From the NCBI RefSeq assembly GCF_000195955.2, contig NC_000962.3, positions 1,770,001-1,802,000 on the forward strand: DNA of 32,000 nucleotides, read 5' to 3'. Of the stretch, positions 9,314-15,915 are shown one piece after another. The notes below the pieces were generated by a model. That model did no database searches and was not told the origin of the DNA. It saw only the letters and a program-made list of their open reading frames with translations. Positions within the stretch are counted from its first letter, which is position 1; the number at the start of each line of letters is the position of its first letter. Both the position numbers and the translations under genes were made by a program. This DNA comes from Mycobacterium tuberculosis H37Rv. GTDB lineage: Bacteria > Actinomycetota > Actinomycetes > Mycobacteriales > Mycobacteriaceae.

Positions 9314-9724
9314 ATGACCACCACACCAGCACGTTTCAACCACTTGGTGACGGTAACCGACCTGGAAACGGGTGACCGCGCCGTCTGCGACCGCGACCAG
9401 GTGGCCGAGACGATCCGGGCGTGGTTCCCGGACGCGCCCTTGGAGGTGAGGGAAGCGCTCGTTCGGCTGCAGGCCGCGTTGAATCGGCACGAGCACACCG
9501 GCGAGCTCGAAGCGTTCCTGCGGATCAGCGTCGAGCACGCCGACGCCGCCGGCGGCGACGAGTGCGGCCCGGCGATCCTGGCCGGCCGCTCCGGGCCGGA
9601 ACAAGCCGCCATCAACCGGCAACTCGGACTCGCCGGCGACGACGAGCCCGACGGCGACGACACCCCGCCGTGGAGCCGGATGATCGGGCTTGGCGGCGGA
9701 AGCCCAGCGGAAGACGAGCGCTGA
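9314..9724 (+). CDS. phiRv1 protein of unknown function (acidic, 136 aa)
   Basis: ORF 9314..9724, with AGGAGA 7 nt upstream of the ATG. It begins 35 nt from the att core. Matches my memory of Rv1573. Confidence 0.75.
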   Translation: MTTTPARFNHLVTVTDLETGDRAVCDRDQVAETIRAWFPDAPLEVREALVRLQAALNRHEHTGELEAFLRISVEHADAAGGDECGPAILAGRSGPEQAAINRQLGLAGDDEPDGDDTPPWSRMIGLGGGSPAEDER

Positions 9725-9775
9725 CGGTGAACACCGCGGCAACAGGACGCTGGGCGGTCCCACGGGCGGGGCATG

Positions 9776-9807
9776 GATAGCTTCCGGCCCATGGGCCGGA
9801 AGCTATC
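9776..9807. repeat. Perfect 32-bp palindrome P0 (gatagcttccggccca|tgggccggaagctatc)
   Basis: Read directly. The dyad axis lies between A9791 and T9792 of an ATG. Confidence 0.95.
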
Positions 9808-9912
9808 TCGGAGAAACAAATGGCGCCGCTGGCCGCCGGATCGCGGAGCTGGAGCGGCCGAAAGCCAAGCAGCGGCAGCGCGAGGGGCAGGATCATGGCC
9901 GCCAGGCTCGAT

Positions 9913-9948
9913 ATTCTGGTTTGGGGCCCATGGGCTACAAACCAGAAT
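9913..9948. repeat. Palindrome P1 (36 bp, 16 of 18 pairs) in unit A
   Basis: attctggtttggggccca|tgggctacaaaccagaat. The axis lies inside ATG 9930-9932. Confidence 0.9.
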
Positions 9949-10241
9949 CAGAGCGTCATTCGACGAAAACAGACACTGCTATCGGCGCAGCCCTCGGCAT
10001 CTCCGCCGGCACCTACCGGCGGCTCAAACGAATCGACAACGCAACCCACAGCGACGACAAAGAAATCCGCCGGTTCGCGGAGAAACAAATGGCGCCGCTG
10101 GTCGCCGGATCGCCGAGCTGGAACGCCCGAAAGCCAAGGAGCGCCAACGCGAGGGTGGTCGCCTCGGTGCATCGATCACCAATGCCGGCTTTGGTCCCAT
10201 GGAACCAAAGCCGTCTCAGCGCCACACTGACAAGGAGGTAG
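9930..10241 (+). CDS. HTH module copy A (KAKQRQ basic arm plus helix-turn-helix). Coordinates follow the conventional-style start; the frame is open from 9690.
   Basis: The frame of ORF 9690..10241 reads GRRIAELERPKAKQRQREGQDHGRQARYSGLGPMGYKPESERHSTKTDTAIGAALGISAGTYRRLKRIDNATHSDDKEIRRFAEKQ. It then continues out of frame through unit B to the stop. ATG 9930 sits at the centre of palindrome P1 and removes the basic arm. Corresponds to my memory of Rv1574. Confidence 0.5.
   Translation: MGYKPESERHSTKTDTAIGAALGISAGTYRRLKRIDNATHSDDKEIRRFAEKQMAPLVAGSPSWNARKPRSANARVVASVHRSPMPALVPWNQSRLSATLTRR
10186..10213. repeat. Palindrome P2 (28 bp, 13 of 14 pairs) in unit B
   Basis: cggctttggtccca|tggaaccaaagccg. 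The axis lies inside ATG 10199-10201. Confidence 0.9.
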
Positions 10242-10699
10242 GCGCAGCCCTCGGCATCTCCGCCGGCACCTACAAGCGGCTCAAACGAATCGACAACGCA
10301 ACCCGCAGCGACGACAAAGAAATCCGCCTGTTCGCGGAGAAACAAATGGCGCCGCTGGCCGCCGGATCGCCGAGCTGGAACGGCCGAAAGCCAAGCAGCG
10401 GCAACAGGAAGGCGGCGACCATGGCCGCCAGGCTCGATATTCTGGCTTGGGGCCCATGGGCCCCAAGCCAGAATCGGAGCGTCGTTCGACGAAAACAGAC
10501 ACTGCTATCGGCGCAGCCCTCGGCATCTCCGCCGGCACCTACCGGCGGCTCAAACGAATCGACAACGCAACCCGCAGCGAGTTGGCGCGTGGGCGGCCCG
10601 GCACCCCTAAGCAGAGGCCGCCCACGCCTGGCCCTATCCTACCTACGCGGTAGTCTCCACCTTCAGAACTCGAAACGCGTTGCGCACCAGCACATCTGA
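10199..10699 (+). CDS. HTH module copy B. Coordinates follow the conventional-style start; the frame is open from 9773.
   Basis: The frame of ORF 9773..10699 reads GRRIAELERPKAKERQREGGRLGASITNAGFGPMEPKPSQRHTDKEVGAALGISAGTYKRLKRIDNATRSDDKEIRLFAEKQ. It then reads unit C out of frame (MAPLAAGSPSWNGRKPSS...). Corresponds to my memory of Rv1575. Confidence 0.5.
   Translation: MEPKPSQRHTDKEVGAALGISAGTYKRLKRIDNATRSDDKEIRLFAEKQMAPLAAGSPSWNGRKPSSGNRKAATMAARLDILAWGPWAPSQNRSVVRRKQTLLSAQPSASPPAPTGGSNESTTQPAASWRVGGPAPLSRGRPRLALSYLRGSLHLQNSKRVAHQHI
10439..10474. repeat. Perfect 36-bp palindrome P3 in unit C
   Basis: attctggcttggggccca|tgggccccaagccagaat. The axis lies inside ATG 10456-10458. Confidence 0.95.
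10456..10653 (+). CDS. HTH module copy C (third frame); possible small ORF, TTG alternative start at 10447
   Basis: Track ORF 10447..10653 reads (L)GPMGPKPESERRSTKTDTAIGAALGISAGTYRRLKRIDNATRSELARGRPGTPKQRPPTPGPILPTR. The KAKQRQQEGG arm of this copy lies upstream in the same frame, but no ATG/GTG/TTG follows the stop at 10228-10230. Confidence 0.35.
   Translation: MGPKPESERRSTKTDTAIGAALGISAGTYRRLKRIDNATRSELARGRPGTPKQRPPTPGPILPTR
10587..10627. terminator. 12-bp-stem hairpin at the convergent 3' ends of the HTH ORFs and the capsid gene
   Basis: gcgtgggcggcc (10587-10598) and ggccgcccacgc (10616-10627) are perfect complements with a 17-nt loop. There is no U-tract. Confidence 0.4.
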
Positions 10700-12064
10700 T
10701 CCGACCCTGAACCAGGCGAAGAATCCGCGCTGCCCGGTCGGCCGGCGATTCGGCCCGAACAGGTGAGGCACCAACTCCACCATGGACCCAACTCTGTCGC
10801 CGATGAGGAATTGCTTCCAGTCGCCAAGCACCAGTGGATGATTCGTCGCTGTCACCGCCGAATCAACGGTGTCCATGTGGGAGACTTCCAGGACAGACTT
10901 CCCGGCTAGCATCGGCGGACTGTCGTGCAGCGATGGGAATTTCAGCGCGCCATTCGAAGTTTCCGCCTGCCGCAACGTGTTGATGGTGGACAAGTTCGCC
11001 GCGAACGCGGCGCTGGCCTGGAACCTTGGCGGCAGCGCCGACTGCAACGCGTAAACATCCGCCGCCACAATCGCTTCTGACCCCGCGCCGACGACCACCT
11101 GATCGGAGGTGCCGGTTAGCGCGCTGACGAACCCGGTGGGCTCGCCGTTGCCGGAGCCGTTGACGAACGCCGCGGCCTGCAGTTGCTCAACGCTGTCCGC
11201 GAGAATCTTGCCGATCTCGCCAACGAAGCTCGCCGCGTCACCCTCCAGCTCGATGGAGAACGGAATCCAGCAGCTTCCACGGTAGTTCGGCACCGCCGGC
11301 TGGGCCAACGCTGGCGAATCGTCGGACACCTCCTGGGCTTCGGAGTACCAACGAGCTTCGGCGCCTTCGGAAGTCACGCCCCGCCAAATCTCGGAGGTCG
11401 TTTGCACCACCCTCGCCACCTGCCGAATCGGGTTCGTCGACCCATCACCCGACAGCAGGATCGCCGGGTCCAGCGCCGCCGGGATCAGAAACCCGCCTTG
11501 GGTGTCCACCAGGCCCATCGCTCGCTGCTCGGCGGCCACCGCGGCAGCCTCACGCCACGCGGCCGCTTCCCGGTCGGTCCAAACCGTGTGCCCCGCAACA
11601 GGATTGGAAACCCGCTTGACGAACGCGCCCAAATAGTCGCGGCTGCCGGTGGCCGCCAGCCAGCGCTGCGCCCACGAGGTGGACTGCGGCGGCCCGGTGC
11701 GGCACAAGGTTTCCGCGGTCTCCGCCGCCCGCGACGACATCAGGCCGTCTCGCACACAAGAATCCAGTGTGCGAAACGCGGTGTCCCGCAACGAGTTGCC
11801 CGGCGGCGCGTCGCCGTCGTCGCCGCCGGTGGGAGCGCCGGGCACCACCCTCAGCTCACCGGCCCGGTAGCGGCGCAGCGCCTCCTCGGCTTCGCGGCCG
11901 CGGCGGCGCTGCTCCGCCCGCAGTTCCTCGGCGTGGCGCGTCAGCGCCTGAAAACGCTGCGCCGCCTCACCGGTCAGGTCGCCGGCGACACTGTCGAGGA
12001 GCTGCTTCGCCGCGTCACGGGTTTCAGGTAAAGAGAGGTTTTTGATGTCGTCGAATTCGGTCAT
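10643..12064 (-). CDS. HK97-fold major capsid protein with an N-terminal coiled-coil (scaffolding/delta-like) region
   Basis: 473-aa ORF. The N-terminus is charged and helical (AAQRFQALTRHAEELRAEQRRRGREAEEALRRYRAGE). It lies immediately downstream of a prohead protease, as in HK97-type head modules. Matches my memory of Rv1576c. Confidence 0.88.
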   Translation of the reverse strand: MTEFDDIKNLSLPETRDAAKQLLDSVAGDLTGEAAQRFQALTRHAEELRAEQRRRGREAEEALRRYRAGELRVVPGAPTGGDDGDAPPGNSLRDTAFRTLDSCVRDGLMSSRAAETAETLCRTGPPQSTSWAQRWLAATGSRDYLGAFVKRVSNPVAGHTVWTDREAAAWREAAAVAAEQRAMGLVDTQGGFLIPAALDPAILLSGDGSTNPIRQVARVVQTTSEIWRGVTSEGAEARWYSEAQEVSDDSPALAQPAVPNYRGSCWIPFSIELEGDAASFVGEIGKILADSVEQLQAAAFVNGSGNGEPTGFVSALTGTSDQVVVGAGSEAIVAADVYALQSALPPRFQASAAFAANLSTINTLRQAETSNGALKFPSLHDSPPMLAGKSVLEVSHMDTVDSAVTATNHPLVLGDWKQFLIGDRVGSMVELVPHLFGPNRRPTGQRGFFAWFRVGSDVLVRNAFRVLKVETTA

Positions 12065-12071
12065 AGATTGT

Positions 12072-12584
12072 TCACCAATCGAGTAGGGACAGCCAGGCTT
12101 CGGCTGTCGAACGGGAAACGACTGTAAGCGATTCCGCGCGCACCCCGGCGATTTGTGCCCCCGAATAGGCCGGAACGCCGGTTAGGGAAACCTCTAACAG
12201 CGCCGCTTCGACGCGCACCAGCACATCCCCTTCGCGACGGTCCCGGATCGGTCGGAAACCCACCGAAAACGAGTCGACGACACCAGCTTTTACGTTCGCC
12301 AAAGCCTCGTCGCCGTCCGGGGTGTCCGCAATCTCGAACGCCCCGAACAAGCCGTGAGGCTCCTCCCGCAACTCAACGGCCCGGCCCACCGGGTAGCGGG
12401 TTCGAGCGTCGTGAGAGACCAGCAGCTTCAATTTGTGGCCGCGCTCGGCGATGGAGCGCCGAAAAGCGCCAGGAGCGAACATTTCCTGGAACTCGCCGTC
12501 GAAGTCGCGGACGGTGGTCGCCTCGTTGTAGGGCACGATGGTGCCGTGCACGGTTCGGCCTTCGCCAGACCGCAGCTCGGCCAT
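12072..12584 (-). CDS. HK97-family prohead (maturation) protease
   Basis: Start at MAELRSGEGRTVHGTIVPYNE (170 aa) within ORF 12072..12632. Conserved His and Ser contexts are KLLVSHDARTRYPVG and VVDSFSVGFRPI. Matches my memory of Rv1577c. Confidence 0.85.
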   Translation of the reverse strand: MAELRSGEGRTVHGTIVPYNEATTVRDFDGEFQEMFAPGAFRRSIAERGHKLKLLVSHDARTRYPVGRAVELREEPHGLFGAFEIADTPDGDEALANVKAGVVDSFSVGFRPIRDRREGDVLVRVEAALLEVSLTGVPAYSGAQIAGVRAESLTVVSRSTAEAWLSLLDW

Positions 12585-12757
12585 GCGGAAAAGGATGCTA
12601 CTCAAAATTCGGCCACCACCTAGCAGACGCAAGAAACGCGCGGAATCGCTTGTGGCGCATGGCGGCCGCTATCCGGGTTCCAGCCGCCCCGCGGCGACTG
12701 CCCGGCGTCAGCGGATGCCGAGATGCCAAACTCGATTGTATCACACACAAAAGGTCA

Positions 12758-13228
12758 TCACCGGTCCGGGGCAAACGGGTTGAGCCCGTCGCCGTCGTCG
12801 CCCGGCGCCACCGCCAGTCGCTGCTCGGCGGCCGGGGTCAGGCCAAACTCGGAGGCCAAGCGCAGCAGATGCATGCGCGCCGTCTCCGCAACCGTCACCG
12901 CCGGGTTCCGGTGCACGACACCGGATTTCGGTGAGGTAATTGTGAGGCCTTCGGCGCGGACCCGCTGAACCGCCGCGACGTAGACGGACCAGGTCTCGCA
13001 GTACGCGGACAGGAGCGCCCGATCCTCAGGTTTGAGCAGGTCAAGCCGCTCCAAAGTCGGTGCGACGCGCCGCCATTCGGCCAGCGCCTCGGCGTCGAGC
13101 CAGTCCGGGGCATCCGGTGCCTGACGGATAAACTTCGGCGACTCGGGGACTTTCCGGCCGCCGGAATCGCGGCCGGGGGAGCGGCCCTCAACCAGTTTGA
13201 GCCGGGCCGGTTTCGGTGGTCTTGGCAT
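12758..13228 (-). CDS. Terminase small subunit (P27-family-like)
   Basis: ATG at complement 13226-13228, preceded by GGGAGGA. The 156-aa product starts MPRPPKPARLKLVEGRSPGRDSGGRKV. Matches my memory of Rv1578c. No large-terminase ORF follows it. Confidence 0.8.
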   Translation of the reverse strand: MPRPPKPARLKLVEGRSPGRDSGGRKVPESPKFIRQAPDAPDWLDAEALAEWRRVAPTLERLDLLKPEDRALLSAYCETWSVYVAAVQRVRAEGLTITSPKSGVVHRNPAVTVAETARMHLLRLASEFGLTPAAEQRLAVAPGDDGDGLNPFAPDR

Positions 13229-13308
13229 CGGTCCTCCCATCAATTTTTAGTCTAGGTAATGAGCGTGCATGCGCGCCGGCACCGTGGCGGTGTCCGGGCT
13301 GGGCCTGG

Positions 13309-13623
13309 TCACGATGGCGACCCCGCCCCCTGGTCGTCGTCCTGCTCGATAGGTCGGGCGTCTCGCAGCGGGTCGTTGCCGGGATACGACGCGTGGAAGG
13401 CAAGCCAGTCACGATCGGCATGGACAAGAACATTGCCTCCGGCTTCGAGGTAGGCGTTCTCGGTGTCGCCGCGGAGGATAAGTGTTCCGTCTTTCGCGAA
13501 GGATTCGAGTGCTTCGACCGCCGCATCGGGTGAGCAACCCGTCTGCGAGCAGACAACCTGGACTGCCAGCTCGTGCATCAGTTGTCGTTCGTCGTTGGTC
13601 AGGGGCCGGTTGATCGGGGTCAC
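13309..13623 (-). CDS. phiRv1 protein, unknown function (104 aa)
   Basis: The GTG start (complement 13621-13623) overlaps the upstream gene's stop (GTGA). It lies within ORF 13309..13686. Confidence 0.7.
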   Translation of the reverse strand: MTPINRPLTNDERQLMHELAVQVVCSQTGCSPDAAVEALESFAKDGTLILRGDTENAYLEAGGNVLVHADRDWLAFHASYPGNDPLRDARPIEQDDDQGAGSPS

Positions 13624-13892
13624 TGGTCGACCTCTATGGTGTCGTCGGTGCTGTCGGCGACACCCTCGGCGATTAGGAACGGGCACGGCTTACCGACGTC
13701 GACGGGACAGTTCGCGCGCTTCCATTTGTTGTCGGCGACACCCATGACGGGTTCGCCGGTCTGCAGGTTCGGCAGGATGATGTACGGCACGGCGTCACCA
13801 CAGCGTTTGCAGGTCGCCATACCGACATCGGCGTTGAAAGCCATGTCGGCGATTCGTCGCCGCAGTTCGGCGTGGTCGGGGGTTTCAGCCAT
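13620..13892 (-). CDS. phiRv1 small protein with four Cys (possible zinc ribbon), 90 aa
   Basis: ATG at complement 13890-13892 with AAAGGA upstream. The product reads MAETPDHAELRRRIADMAFNADVGMATCKRCGD...NCPVDVGKPCP. Confidence 0.7.
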   Translation of the reverse strand: MAETPDHAELRRRIADMAFNADVGMATCKRCGDAVPYIILPNLQTGEPVMGVADNKWKRANCPVDVGKPCPFLIAEGVADSTDDTIEVDQ

Positions 13893-13905
13893 GGCTTGTG
13901 TCCTT

Positions 13906-14301
13906 TCAAGCAGGGTTGGTAAGTGCGGTTCTGGCGGCATTGAGCTGCTGTTGCAGTATCGGGCATCCGGTTGGGGCGTCGGGGTGCAGCACTTTGGATA
14001 AAGCCCTGTACACGGCGGGTGTCCGCTGGGGTCCGACCGCCCGGAACAACGCTTTGGCCCAGTCGGTGCACTGCTGTTGCGCCGGGTCGGCGGGTCCGGT
14101 GACGGTGTGGCCGTGGTAGCGCAGCTCGGCGGCCAGCAGTGGGGTCCAGTCAGCGTCGATGAACCAGCAGCGGGTGTGCGCGGACCAGGAGCGGGCATAG
14201 GCGGGGATCGTGGACTTGATCAACGACACGATCGCAGAGTCGTAGGCGAATCGGACGCTGTGCCGACCGCCGGATGCCGGGGTGATCGCGACAGCGGTCA
14301 T
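13906..14301 (-). CDS. phiRv1 protein (131 aa) with a C-terminal J-domain-like HPD segment
   Basis: Start at MTAVAITPASGG within ORF 13906..14379. The C-terminus reads DWAKALFRAVGPQRTPAVYRALSKVLHPDAPTGCPILQQQLNAARTAL. Confidence 0.7.
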   Translation of the reverse strand: MTAVAITPASGGRHSVRFAYDSAIVSLIKSTIPAYARSWSAHTRCWFIDADWTPLLAAELRYHGHTVTGPADPAQQQCTDWAKALFRAVGPQRTPAVYRALSKVLHPDAPTGCPILQQQLNAARTALTNPA

Positions 14302-14403
14302 GCGGCACCGCCGGTGTTTGCTGGTTTGGCGGTACAGTCCGCCCGGTGGCGGCCGTGAACGGCCAGGTAGGTACCGCATCCTGGGCAGAACGGCACGGCA
14401 GGC

Positions 14404-14487
14404 CGTGACGCATGTGACGTTTGCGCGGTATAACCGCCATACGTGCGCGCGCGTAGGCGAACCTGGAAATGCGTCACATGCGTCACG
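14404..14487. promoter_or_regulatory. Composite inverted repeat (two GTGACG hexamers per arm) in the 195-bp gap after the primase/helicase gene
   Basis: cgtgacgcatgtgacg (14404-14419) is the exact reverse complement of cgtcacatgcgtcacg (14472-14487). The 52-bp spacer contains a small gcggt-ata-accgc hairpin. Confidence 0.5.
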
Positions 14488-14496
14488 TTAGGTGTG

Positions 14497-15915
14497 CTAA
14501 TCATCGAAATCATCGGCCCCTCTCACCGCTATTCCGGCCCGCCAACGACCATCACGGGCCTTGTCAGTGACCGGGTATCCGTGGGTGTCGAGCGACTGGC
14601 CGAACGCTTTGCGCGAGATTTCGGGTACGCCTTCTTGCACCCGCCACCTTTGCCACGCCTCGAACAGATGCGTAGTAGTGGCTTTCAGCACCGGCGAGCT
14701 GGTGACGCATTCGTCGTCGATGAACCTCTTTATCGTGTCGGAGTCCTCGCGGTAATTCGACGTTGCCGCGAGCACCGCGTCCGGCTGGGATAGTCCGATT
14801 CGCTGATAGTCGCTCCATCCGGCCACCGCCCAGGACAGGATGCTGTCGGCCTCCAACTGCAACCGTGCGTCCAGTTCCCGGTCCTGCTCGTCGGCAGGAA
14901 TCACTACTTCAAACGGCACCACTCGAATTCGCCGCCAGATGGCCGTATCATCGCCGGGCACTCTCGGTAGGTGGTTGGTGATGAGCAGTGGGGTATGTGA
15001 CGGCGTGAATTCCACGAAGTCTTGCCGCATCTTTCGGGCGCGGATGGTGTCGCCGCCAGTCAGCCGTTTTATCGTTGATTCGGCCAGCCGGCGATCTTTT
15101 TCGCTCTCGGATACCGCTACCCATCGCACGCCGCGGAGGTCCATTTCGCCTGTTGGGTGAGCGTTTTCCCGGTGCATGAAAAGGTCAGGCTCAGCGGTGC
15201 AGGCATAATCGCCAAGGGCATAGCGAATCGCCTTGTCGAACACAGATTTTCCGTTGGCACCTACACCGATAAGAATCGCCAGGACATGTTCGCGGACGGT
15301 GCCTAGTAGGCCGACGCCGGCCAGGCGTTGCACGAACCCGCGCACACCTTCATCGGGCAGAACGCGGGTCAAGAACGCTTGCCAGAGAGGCGATTCGGTG
15401 TCGGACTGGTAGGCACCGCGGCATATCTTTGTGATGCGGTCAGCGGGCGCGTGGGGCCGCAATTTGAGCGTGTGCAGGTCCAGCGTCCCATTCGCGACGT
15501 TGAGCAAGTGCGGGTCGCTGTCGAGGTCGGCTACCGTCGCGGCGAATGGTACCAGTGCGGCGGCCAGGTCGAGCACGCCGGCCACGCCGGACGCCGATTC
15601 GCATTTTCGGACGTCGGCGCGTAATTCCTTGTCGTTGAGGCTGTCTGAGAGCGCTTGGCGCAGCTCTGCCAGCACTGCACGTTTGGCTTCGCCGCGGTCG
15701 TCGGCTGCCCAGCGTCTGCCGTCCCAGGAGTGCCAGCCGATCCCGGCCACGTGCAGCAGCTTGTCCTGGTAACGTTCGGCTAGCCGGTAGGCGATTCGGG
15801 CTTGGCCGCGATGAACTTGCGTCGGTTTGCCACCGTCGTCGATGAGCACGTGCCCGTCCCGGTCGATCCAGGGGGCGTCGGGATAGTCGGTGCCGTAGGG
15901 GATGTCGGCCATCAC
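14497..15915 (-). CDS. P4/D5-type primase-helicase (phage/plasmid primase with a C-terminal SF3 NTPase)
   Basis: 472-aa ORF (MMADIPYG; the second Met gives 471 aa). Walker A is ILIGVGANGKSVF and Walker B-like is VRWVAVSESEKD. Matches my memory of Rv1582c. Confidence 0.88.
   Translation of the reverse strand: MMADIPYGTDYPDAPWIDRDGHVLIDDGGKPTQVHRGQARIAYRLAERYQDKLLHVAGIGWHSWDGRRWAADDRGEAKRAVLAELRQALSDSLNDKELRADVRKCESASGVAGVLDLAAALVPFAATVADLDSDPHLLNVANGTLDLHTLKLRPHAPADRITKICRGAYQSDTESPLWQAFLTRVLPDEGVRGFVQRLAGVGLLGTVREHVLAILIGVGANGKSVFDKAIRYALGDYACTAEPDLFMHRENAHPTGEMDLRGVRWVAVSESEKDRRLAESTIKRLTGGDTIRARKMRQDFVEFTPSHTPLLITNHLPRVPGDDTAIWRRIRVVPFEVVIPADEQDRELDARLQLEADSILSWAVAGWSDYQRIGLSQPDAVLAATSNYREDSDTIKRFIDDECVTSSPVLKATTTHLFEAWQRWRVQEGVPEISRKAFGQSLDTHGYPVTDKARDGRWRAGIAVRGADDFDD

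Larger units (their letters stand above)
9810..10580. repeat. Three tandem units: A 9810-10078 (269 bp), B 10079-10335 (257 bp), C 10336-10580 (3'-truncated)
   Basis: Each unit starts with ggagaaacaaatggcgccgctgg. All three share ...ggcgcagccctcggcatctccgccggcacctac(c/a)(g/a)gcggctcaaacgaatcgacaacgcaaccc. A and C are collinear and nearly identical by eye. B diverges in its central ~100 bp. Confidence 0.95.

Noticed and set aside
8125-9819. 564-aa minus-strand ORF, the longest unassigned ORF in the track
   Set aside because: It runs antisense to bioD, the 2H-phosphoesterase gene and the Rv1573-like ORF, and crosses the attL junction, so it is a host/phage chimera. Its composition is R/S/P/A-rich low complexity with no motifs. 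This is a typical stop-poor antisense frame in high-GC DNA.
10060-10100. Programmed -1 ribosomal frameshifting at the unit junctions, which would translate the three HTH modules as one polyprotein (each junction needs a -1 shift)
   Set aside because: The junction sequence (ttc gcg gag aaa caa atg gcg) has no X-XXY-YYZ slippery heptamer in the incoming frame and no obvious downstream stimulatory structure at the right distance. It stays a remote possibility testable by proteomics.
9776-10580. CRISPR-like array (regularly spaced palindromic repeats)
   Set aside because: The intervening sequences are themselves repeated, because whole ~260-bp units are duplicated. The palindromes differ in sequence, there are no unique spacers, and no cas genes are nearby.
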